From IMG/VR virus record IMGVR_UViG_3300002220_000425, positions 1,989 to 65,988 of that record: DNA of 64,000 nt, one strand, 5' to 3'. Below, in pieces: positions 57,201 through 64,000 of the stretch. The notes beneath the pieces are model-generated. The model made no database searches. It saw only the letters and a program-made list of their open reading frames with translations, and had not been told where the DNA came from. The first letter of the stretch is position 1. Each line of letters opens with the position of its first letter. Position numbers and translations under genes: made by a program. The stretch comes from a virus. Lineage: Duplodnaviria > Caudoviricetes.

Positions 57201-60200
57201 CGTTCGTTCATGGCGTCACAAACGACCCAAGAATTGACGAAATGGTGAACGCAACAGTCGCGGAGATGCACGAAAGAATCAGAGCGGCACGCGGCAGTGT
57301 TGACGACTACTCTCGCGCAAACTCTCTTGCAAGGCGAAAGGTTCTTGAAGACCTTGGCTACGATGGCGAGATTTACGAAAGGGGCGTTGCCAATGCCGCT
57401 GGCGTTGCAAGGCGAGACTTGGCCGAATCCGAAGTTGTTGTGTTTCAGCCTGAGCAAGTCAAGTCTGCCATTGGAAACCGTGGTACGTTTGATCCAGGCT
57501 CGCCAGACATCATGGCAACGCCAAGCGATGCGTTTGATGCGGATTTTGCAAACGCGGCTGGCAAAACTGCGCGTCCATGGAAAATGACAACCACGTACAG
57601 ACAAGCTTCGTCTTTGGTGAGGCCAGGCATGAAAGTCGTGGACTATGGATCCGGTCCATACCAGAATATCAGGCAAACAATTGTTGACGCTGGTGGTGAG
57701 TACACGCCATTTGACCGCTATGGGAACATCGGAAAGATCGAAGACATCGGGAACGCAGATATTGTGATGGGCAGTAATGTGCTCAATACGGCAGTTTATG
57801 CAAGCGATCCTGAGCAGGCGTATTATGCGGCACTGGAAGAAATGGCAGGGGCACTCAAGCCAGACGGTAAGCTTGTGGTCAACATGCCAACCAGCGGCCC
57901 AATGGCAGACTGGATGACGCCCAAGAGGCTCAAAGAAGATCTTGAGCAGATGTTTGAGTCAGTGTCCCGAAAGGGCGAGGTGTTCACGGCATCGGGCGCG
58001 AAGGTTCAGGGTGGGGGTTTTGCAGACGAGTTGCGCAAGATCCCAGGGCATATTCGCGACAATCCATCACTGCAAGATCAGGAAGCACTTAGAAGGGCTG
58101 CCAGGCACGACATCCGAAGCGGGAATGGTCTAAGAAGGGCCATGGAAGATGTTATCAGCGGAACGTCGCCTCCAAAGAGTGCCAACGTGTCGGTGTACGA
58201 GGATCGACTGAAGGCATGGACGATTCTTGATGAGCTTGATAAGTCACCGCTGGTTGAGGTTCCGCTTTATCGAGGGGAAAGAGCGGTTACGGCGGGTGTT
58301 GATAATCGCAATGTAAGCGTCGGGGACCGGATTTTGCTTGGCGGCAAGATTGCCAGTACAGGCATCACGAGCAAGCGTAATGTGGCTGAGCATTTTGCCG
58401 GTGGAGTCATTTACGAAATCGAGCCTGGCGCAAAGGCATTGCGGGTCAGCACTGGGCCTGATGTTCCGTTTTCAAAGTCAATCGCTGGTGAAGAAGAGTT
58501 CCTAGCCACTGGCAAGTTTGAGGTTACTGATGTCCAGGATCTAGGCGATCAGCGAATCATCAAGGTCAGACACGTCGAACCAGCGAGCATCCCTAGGCCG
58601 GTCGCTCAGGGTCAACTGCGTCAAGGGTCGATTGCCACCGGCAACCGTGGCACGTTTGATCCAGGCTCGCCAGACATCATGGCAACGCCGATCGACCGCA
58701 CTCCACCACGGTCCTTGTATCGCCAAGCAGATGCCATGGAGGCCCTTGCTGCAATGGACCCCGGCAGGCAGATCGTTGGTGATGGTCCGGCTGGCGCGAT
58801 GGAGAGACACTTTACTGACAATCCTGATCTTGCTTTAGGCCAAGGAAGGAACGCAGATGGAGTGCTGATGGAGTTTGCTGACGATTTTGGTGCTAAGGCA
58901 CAAAACACTGCCGGATACGCAGTTTCGGCAGCAATGGGCAAGGGTGGATCATTTGTTGCGCCAGTTAATCCAAGCAGTCTTGCTCGACATTTGCGATCGG
59001 CTACTTTCCCAAGCGAAAAGGACGTGCCGCGATACATGATGTCGCAGGAATGGCTAGACGAATCTGGCTTTGCTATGAGAAGGCTGGATAGCGGCCAAGT
59101 AGAGTTCAGAAAACAGGAGCCTTTGCCGTTAGACGAACCTGGCCAAACGCTTGATTCCGTTGGCCCTACACCAAAAGAAGCACGCGAACTTGCCAAGGCG
59201 TTGAAGCCCGCCGCGATACCCAAGGTTGGCAACCAAGAGATCAACAAGTGGACCGAAGAACAAATCAATTGGGTGAAAGACCCCAAGAACTTCAAGGCAC
59301 TGAGCCCGCAGCACGAGAAGCTGAACGGGTTCTTGGATTACTTCGTCGCCAAGAAAGCGATCAAGCCCGAAGACGCCGACATCCTGCGAATCATCTACTC
59401 GCAGACGGATGCACGGTACTTGCCGGATGAAGTCAATGCGGGACGTGTGCTCAAGACGCAGCAAGGCAATAAAGTCACGGGAGCACTGGGGTTTGCCGAA
59501 GCACAACAGTGGCACCCGAAAGACAGAGTGAGCTTGTTGTCGAAGGCTCGCAAGGGATCGCGCGATCAATCGTCAGCGTACAACGAAGGCACGCGGGTGA
59601 TGCTGCACGAGCTTGGGCACATCGTTTACTTTGCCGCATTGCGCAGTAACGATCCGGCACAGTTGGCAGTCTTGCGTGAGTTCCACAATCTTGCAGGGAC
59701 CGCTGGAAAGCCGACTTTCATTGACGAGTTCATGTCGGGCGGCAACACGAAGTTTCAGGCCGAGTATCACGCGGGCGCGTCGAAGCATAAGAACAACCTG
59801 ACGAACCCTGAACGGGAGCAGTTTGCGGAGTTCTTTGCGCATTCGATCATGCGTCGAAAGATTCCCACGGGCGCGTTTGGCCAGGTCATCACCAAGGCTC
59901 TTGATTGGCTAAGGCTGCAACTCTCTAAGCTTGCCAGCGTAACCGGGCTTCAACCGTCAGTTCGCCAGCGTCTTGACGAGATCATGGACGAGCTTGGCGG
60001 GTTCAACAATGCACCTGATCTGTCTGCAACGTTGCAGGGTGGACGGCGCGCTGGGAAGCAAGGCGGGCAGCAAGTTCCACCAACCGGCCAAGTGCCACCC
60101 CAAGTACCAGGCCAAGCTCCACCGGGACAACCGCCAGTTGCCCCACCGGGACAGGGCGTTGCGCCGGGTGGGCCAGTACCAGGACCGCCAGCGCCATCGG

Positions 60201-61534
60201 GACCGCCAGTGCTCACCGACGAAGAGGCCACGCGAATTATCGGGCGAATGGCAGCTAGCCAGGGTGTGGTTGGCAAGTTCGAGGGGAACGCAACGTCGAT
60301 CATTGGACAACCAACAGGTCAGTCCGGAGATTTGATGGACACGCTTTCGGGCATACCGCGACCAGGCAATCAGCAGATATCAGCAGGCAGGGTTGCGCGT
60401 AAGGCTGTAGGCATGGAACCGGGAACCAGCCTGAATCCAATTGACGTTCGCGGCGTAGGCGGGCGAGAGGAAAGCGGGTTTGGTATTGCGGCGGCAGGGG
60501 AGGAAATCGGCAACTACATCGAAGGCATGAACCGACTTGGCCCGTGGATCACGATGATGAAACGCGGGTACGATCCGGCAGAAGCATCCAAGAAGGCGGG
60601 TGCTGCTCAGGTGCTCTACGGCAACAAGAATTACACGCCATTTGAACAGCAAGTGATGGCACGGCTGTTTCCATTCTACAAATTTTCTCGCGGGTCCATG
60701 CCGGTCGTTGCTCGGAACCTGATGGAGAAACCGGGTGGAATGTACGGCACGATCATCAAGGGAAACAACCGTGCTCAAGGTGATGGTGAACTTGCTCCTG
60801 ATTACGTTCGGGACACGGCAAACATTCCCGTTGACCGAAACAACCCGATCTTGTCAGCGATCGCAGGAACGCCACCAGAGGGCACTGATCGCTACATCAC
60901 GGGCTTTGGTCTGATGCACGAGGACTTAATGGGCTTTGGTCCGTCAGTGCGTGGTGCTGGGCTCGAAGCATTGTCCAGAATGAACCCATTCATTAAGGGG
61001 CCGCTGGAGTGGTCAACCGGGCAAACGTTCTTCCAGAGGGGACCAGAAGGTGGTCGCGACCTGGACAAGCTTGACCCAACCATTGGTCGTCTTGTCGCCA
61101 ACGTCATGGGGCAGACAGAACCGGACGATTCCAAGAAGTTCCCGTTGTGGATGGAGCAGATTGTCGCGAACTCACCGATTGCCCGAGCAACAACCACAGC
61201 GAGATCGCTCACTGATCCACGCAAGCGATCCGAAACAGTGCCGGGAATGCCGGGTGCTGCGTCGTTGCTCAACACGCTTACCGGGTTCCGTGTTTCGGAC
61301 GTGTCGCCAGCAAGCAAAGACGCAATCTTGCGGGAAATGCTCAATTCTGAAATGCAGGATGCGGGTGCTTCAGTGTTCGAGCGAGTGTACTTCAGCAAGG
61401 AGGAACTCGACAAAATGTCTCCCGCAGCAAGGGAGAATGCGATCAAGCTCCAGGGACTGGCCAACGTGCTTGCACAGCGATCTAAGGAACGCAAGGCACA
61501 GCGACAAGCAGAGGAAGCGAAGAAAGGCAAATGA
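54242..61534 (+). CDS. Large polyvalent (DarB/ejection-type) protein, 2430 aa: ART-like, SAM-MTase, RSE-type ART, zincin protease
   Basis: IYHGT...AGTYFT; VVDYGSG; LYRG...STG...EEEFL; VMLHELGH...EQFAE. Confidence 0.8.
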   Translation: MSEILRSINPAMANLLLPAAPAAIRPASRRREPAPYVDEEEERTLAGSLRDKSLTTIGAVGNLLDLPGSMVRDVGSSIVQGKFVNPFDQLLSPLSADNRTTGKDLLRQTGIVDDADTWGNAIAGFGAEVAMDPLTYMTFGGSALGKSGQLASKAGLLDELGSVAARKAGKQVGQVGSREARLTTTLADVAQYGTERSAAKAKQILKDSPDLADEAFGGLAGFGLPFMQPMAIAGQGAKSQAVARGLDTAGRTVRYGKIPGTEFQPVNSLLNLFDAPAMGTKSPMWQAIARHKSRQKDVKSADVLMDTNRWATELEQAGLVGQDAADMLRDGLEGVVPIDSLPDAMQPIARQMRAQSAEMPARGRVDGVQITELTDDEIDYAARFLVATRGIHGKRSKAVFTADDPSNQGRKDFMRNVPGGTNKLKRELFLDDAINAAVDNGSDVDTIRKMMEAKANGWLPDTFKEFNPKAEGAVDGWVVKEGRYQKIAEWFGGLSKETREAGVFGNHPILDHTARRMAFEDSINATETVAMALSQPKILLPPSAAANVAADGSMTVGEVLAKLKMDLGDVNGGLGRKIMKSKGMAPDDDSIKALRDRRLSKENAEELMSIHRTISGPDAINDLIGMMDSVVNYSKGMWTSVWPAFHVRNRISGALQNMALGIWSKEGDTWADQLLKGKVIEGAAKEPWVRAVWEREQAELARINALTPPGGAAPGPGQPPGPGGQMPGQPGAGVSPTMATPTGEFVEIDGVARPTVDSNGKPIHTTEEGVRNFWSAFRDSKLVDDQGRPIPIYHGTRSADLGTAAAKDRNRKIDQAKLSLDEWNAAHKQSYSDLSTQRYSAIEAEADAHDRIASLLKSNRAASSATKASSWQSFSESVKADVSPETWRAVDKGLLKQEFDRLQLAKREAESIQERLDQIPKKPSSSLATATKGSEAAVFDTMRYGENDTGYLSAGTYFTKNAELSGNYAGAGEGAGVIPVYANLKNPFVHGVTNDPRIDEMVNATVAEMHERIRAARGSVDDYSRANSLARRKVLEDLGYDGEIYERGVANAAGVARRDLAESEVVVFQPEQVKSAIGNRGTFDPGSPDIMATPSDAFDADFANAAGKTARPWKMTTTYRQASSLVRPGMKVVDYGSGPYQNIRQTIVDAGGEYTPFDRYGNIGKIEDIGNADIVMGSNVLNTAVYASDPEQAYYAALEEMAGALKPDGKLVVNMPTSGPMADWMTPKRLKEDLEQMFESVSRKGEVFTASGAKVQGGGFADELRKIPGHIRDNPSLQDQEALRRAARHDIRSGNGLRRAMEDVISGTSPPKSANVSVYEDRLKAWTILDELDKSPLVEVPLYRGERAVTAGVDNRNVSVGDRILLGGKIASTGITSKRNVAEHFAGGVIYEIEPGAKALRVSTGPDVPFSKSIAGEEEFLATGKFEVTDVQDLGDQRIIKVRHVEPASIPRPVAQGQLRQGSIATGNRGTFDPGSPDIMATPIDRTPPRSLYRQADAMEALAAMDPGRQIVGDGPAGAMERHFTDNPDLALGQGRNADGVLMEFADDFGAKAQNTAGYAVSAAMGKGGSFVAPVNPSSLARHLRSATFPSEKDVPRYMMSQEWLDESGFAMRRLDSGQVEFRKQEPLPLDEPGQTLDSVGPTPKEARELAKALKPAAIPKVGNQEINKWTEEQINWVKDPKNFKALSPQHEKLNGFLDYFVAKKAIKPEDADILRIIYSQTDARYLPDEVNAGRVLKTQQGNKVTGALGFAEAQQWHPKDRVSLLSKARKGSRDQSSAYNEGTRVMLHELGHIVYFAALRSNDPAQLAVLREFHNLAGTAGKPTFIDEFMSGGNTKFQAEYHAGASKHKNNLTNPEREQFAEFFAHSIMRRKIPTGAFGQVITKALDWLRLQLSKLASVTGLQPSVRQRLDEIMDELGGFNNAPDLSATLQGGRRAGKQGGQQVPPTGQVPPQVPGQAPPGQPPVAPPGQGVAPGGPVPGPPAPSGPPVLTDEEATRIIGRMAASQGVVGKFEGNATSIIGQPTGQSGDLMDTLSGIPRPGNQQISAGRVARKAVGMEPGTSLNPIDVRGVGGREESGFGIAAAGEEIGNYIEGMNRLGPWITMMKRGYDPAEASKKAGAAQVLYGNKNYTPFEQQVMARLFPFYKFSRGSMPVVARNLMEKPGGMYGTIIKGNNRAQGDGELAPDYVRDTANIPVDRNNPILSAIAGTPPEGTDRYITGFGLMHEDLMGFGPSVRGAGLEALSRMNPFIKGPLEWSTGQTFFQRGPEGGRDLDKLDPTIGRLVANVMGQTEPDDSKKFPLWMEQIVANSPIARATTTARSLTDPRKRSETVPGMPGAASLLNTLTGFRVSDVSPASKDAILREMLNSEMQDAGASVFERVYFSKEELDKMSPAARENAIKLQGLANVLAQRSKERKAQRQAEEAKKGK
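57476..58689 (+). repeat. 47-bp direct repeat (38 bp identical) at 57476-57522 and 58643-58689
   Basis: ACGTTTGATCCAGGCTCGCCAGACATCATGGCAACGCC twice, 1167 bp (389 codons) apart. Confidence 0.9.
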
Positions 61535-61631
61535 AGTTTTGCCGCTGGTGTTGTAACTGATATCGCCAATAGCTAAAGTGGTGTGAGGTTACAGCCTGTA
61601 ACGTTTCAGGGTTCCATTCTGAGGTGATGCC

Positions 61632-62234
61632 GTGTCTACTGGCCGAGTCAATATCAGTTATCGAGTTGGTGGTGCAGTAGTCGATGCACAGATCGATCGT
61701 GAGGACGAACAAGGGGCGGCAACCCTGGTGCCGTTGCCTGCCGGGATTGCTGGCACGCTCACCACACGAACCGATGCCGACACCGGGGTCGTCACGGTCC
61801 TTGCTGGTCACGGGATTACCACGTCCGACACGGTAACGCTGTTCTGGGCGGGCGGTGTTCGGCGCGGGCTTACGGTCACTGCAACAGCCGCAACCACCAT
61901 TTCGATTGACGTTGGCGCTGGTGCAGACCTGCCTGCTGTCAGTTCGGTTGTTACGATTGCCAAAGAGGTGATCACGTCGCTAGGGCACATTGGCAACGAT
62001 TTGGCAATCTTTGCCGTCCATAGCGTGAACCGCTTGATGGCAAACATTCGAGACGCTGTTCCTGCAACCATCCTAGCTTTGGATATCACAGGGCGTGAGT
62101 CGTTTGCCTATATCTCAACCTTCAGCGGCACTAATCCGTTTGCCGGTGAAACGCTTGTAACTGCGGTGCTTGCCAATGGTGGGACCACTCCAGCGACAGC
62201 AACAATCCTGCACTTGAAAGACACGATCGTTTAA
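61632..62234 (+). CDS. Hypothetical beta-rich protein
   Basis: 200 aa T/A/G/V-rich; GAGGTG SD. Confidence 0.65.
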   Translation: MSTGRVNISYRVGGAVVDAQIDREDEQGAATLVPLPAGIAGTLTTRTDADTGVVTVLAGHGITTSDTVTLFWAGGVRRGLTVTATAATTISIDVGAGADLPAVSSVVTIAKEVITSLGHIGNDLAIFAVHSVNRLMANIRDAVPATILALDITGRESFAYISTFSGTNPFAGETLVTAVLANGGTTPATATILHLKDTIV

Positions 62235-62274
62235 TCGTGGCTTGTTAGATACATTCAACAATTAGGGTTCGATT

Positions 62275-62490
62275 ATGAATTGGTTGGTCATTGTCCGCAT
62301 GATCTTGGAAATCATTGCGATGCTTCCGAAAGACGCCGACGATGCGACGATTGAAAGCGTCGTTGAGACTGCGGTTTCGGATTGTGTTGGAAACGAACCC
62401 GCCGCACAGTCTGACGATTGGCAGGAGCTTATTCCGCACATCGTGGCGATCGTCAAGTTCTTGCTAAAAAAGTTCGGGCCGTCACTGTGA
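62275..62490 (+). CDS. Small amphipathic protein, possible holin-like
   Basis: Two hydrophobic helices flanking an acidic loop, 71 aa. Confidence 0.4.
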   Translation: MNWLVIVRMILEIIAMLPKDADDATIESVVETAVSDCVGNEPAAQSDDWQELIPHIVAIVKFLLKKFGPSL

Positions 62491-62846
62491 ACGAACTGTT
62501 TGACCTTCACAACGCCGAACGTTTAAGCCGTGGCTTGCCTGCCATGGAACAGAACGATCGGCTAAACGCCGCTGCCCAGAAGCATGCCGATTGGATGCGA
62601 TCGAGGCGGCGAATGTCGCACCGCGGGGCGGGCTTTTCATCGCCTGCACAGCGAATTGCGGCTGAAGGTTATCGGTTTTCATCGGTGGCAGAGAACATTG
62701 CCGCTGGCCAAACGTCAGCGGCGCAGGTCATGAATGCGTGGATGCGTTCACGCGGGCACCGAAACAACATCCTTGGACGCAACCGGGAGATCGGCTTAGG
62801 TCGGTCTGGAAACTACTGGTGCGTTGTTTTTGGCACTCAGAGGTAA
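62487..62846 (+). CDS. CAP/SCP domain protein
   Basis: LHNAER...L..AAQKHA..M...MSH, AENIAAG, WMRSRGHRNNIL, EIGLG. Confidence 0.9.
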   Translation: MNELFDLHNAERLSRGLPAMEQNDRLNAAAQKHADWMRSRRRMSHRGAGFSSPAQRIAAEGYRFSSVAENIAAGQTSAAQVMNAWMRSRGHRNNILGRNREIGLGRSGNYWCVVFGTQR

Positions 62847-62848
62847 CT

Positions 62849-63823
62849 ATGACCGCTGCGTATGACCTGGCGTTTGAATACGATCCACCAGTGGGTTTGC
62901 CGCCAGACTTGGTTGATGAGCATGAAGACTTCACGCTCATGTCCGAAGCGGCGCCCATTGTGTGGCACTTCCCAAGGCCGTTGTGGGAACCGATCTGGAA
63001 GAAAGGCTTTACGGGCAAGGGTGAAAGGATTGCGATCCTCGACACGGGTTGCAATGCTCACGCGCTCCTGCCGACACCCGTAGCCGAAAGGTCTTTCATC
63101 AGTGGCCAGTCCCCGCGTGACCCACGATCAGGACACGGCACTCACTGTGCGGGAACTGCTCTCGGTAGGGGCGGGATCGGTGCAGCGTGCGAGGCTGAAT
63201 TGCTTGTTGGCAAGGTGCTGAGCGATGGCGGAAGCGGTTCGAGTTCAGGGATTGCAGCCGGTATCAATTGGGCGATTGATCAGGGTGCAACGATCATCAG
63301 CATGAGTTTGGGTGGTGGATCCTCGTACGAACCAACACGGCGAGCGATTCAAAGGGCAAACGAAGCGGGGATCTTGGTGTGTGCGAGTGCAGGCAACAGT
63401 GGCCAGCGGCTCCCGCGTAACACAATCGGTTTCCCCGGTCGGCACCTTGAATCCTATTGTTCTGGTTCAATGGACCAACAGGGCCGAATCTCTTCGTTCA
63501 GTTCGGCGGGTCGCGAGATGGACGGTGTTACACCGGGCTCGCAGATTGTTTCTTGCAGCAATGGCAACCGCAATGGATACCGCACGATGAGCGGGACCAG
63601 CATGAGTTGCCCGTTCGCTGCTGGCTTGTTCGCTTGCGTGCGAACCGGCATGGCAATGGCAGGCTTGCCAAGGCTTGGCGGTATCGACGATTGGCGTCCA
63701 TGGCTACAGCGTTTCTTTATCGACCAAGGGCCAAGCGGTCACGATCCGACGTGGGGCTGGGGAATACCAGACTACCGCAAGATCGTTGACATGATGGCAC
63801 AACCACAGGTGAAGTTCGTATGA
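62849..63823 (+). CDS. S8 subtilisin-like serine protease
   Basis: Triad motifs ILDTG, HGTHCAG, MSGTSMSCP; oxyanion SAGN. Confidence 0.95.
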   Translation: MTAAYDLAFEYDPPVGLPPDLVDEHEDFTLMSEAAPIVWHFPRPLWEPIWKKGFTGKGERIAILDTGCNAHALLPTPVAERSFISGQSPRDPRSGHGTHCAGTALGRGGIGAACEAELLVGKVLSDGGSGSSSGIAAGINWAIDQGATIISMSLGGGSSYEPTRRAIQRANEAGILVCASAGNSGQRLPRNTIGFPGRHLESYCSGSMDQQGRISSFSSAGREMDGVTPGSQIVSCSNGNRNGYRTMSGTSMSCPFAAGLFACVRTGMAMAGLPRLGGIDDWRPWLQRFFIDQGPSGHDPTWGWGIPDYRKIVDMMAQPQVKFV

Positions 63824-64000
63824 GACTGATACTAATCTTACTGTTGCTGCTGCCGTCGCTTGCTGCAGCGCAACCCAAGGCTGTGATCGACGCTCCAGCA
63901 ACGGTCAACGTTGGCGATTTGGTCATTCTCGATGGCGGGAAGTCTGTTGGTGACAATCACCTGTGGGTTGTCGATGAACGCGCCAAAGGCCGATTCCTGG
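63820..64000 (+). CDS. Secreted PKD-like protein (3' truncated by window)
   Basis: Signal peptide MRLILILLLLLPSLAAA then PKAVIDAP..V.VGD.VILDG.KS. Confidence 0.7.
   Translation, partial: MRLILILLLLLPSLAAAQPKAVIDAPATVNVGDLVILDGGKSVGDNHLWVVDERAKGRFL

Overview
The whole window looks like one temperate tailed phage (Caudoviricetes) or its excised prophage. The host is probably a planctomycete, inferred from the integrase type, the CsrA homolog and the DUF6744-like/AAA/VWA cassette. Layout: recombination/replication genes and xis (1-7.6 kb, +); tyrosine integrase and an attP made of the 3' half of tRNA-Arg(UCG) (7.6-9.0 kb); a minus-strand early region of promoter/terminator-delimited cassettes (9.3-19.7 kb); tRNA-Met(CAU) and small genes (19.9-22.3 kb); a sigma-factor-like gene, a long non-coding stretch and two tRNA-like elements (22.7-25.1 kb); RusA and a serine recombinase (27.4-29 kb); head, packaging and tail genes (29.2-52 kb); a 2430-aa polyvalent protein (54.2-61.5 kb); and a CAP/subtilase/PKD cassette at the end. 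Strongest non-coding signals: (i) 12 copies of a strand-oriented TGTCA-N9-GATAAY promoter-like motif, (ii) about 20 copies of a TGWAACGTTWCA palindrome with parS-like half-sites, (iii) two paralogous tRNA mimics without a normal anticodon arm, (iv) a 38-bp identical in-frame direct repeat bracketing a methyltransferase plus ADP-ribosyltransferase module in the giant protein. All family assignments are from motif recognition by eye; no searches were run.
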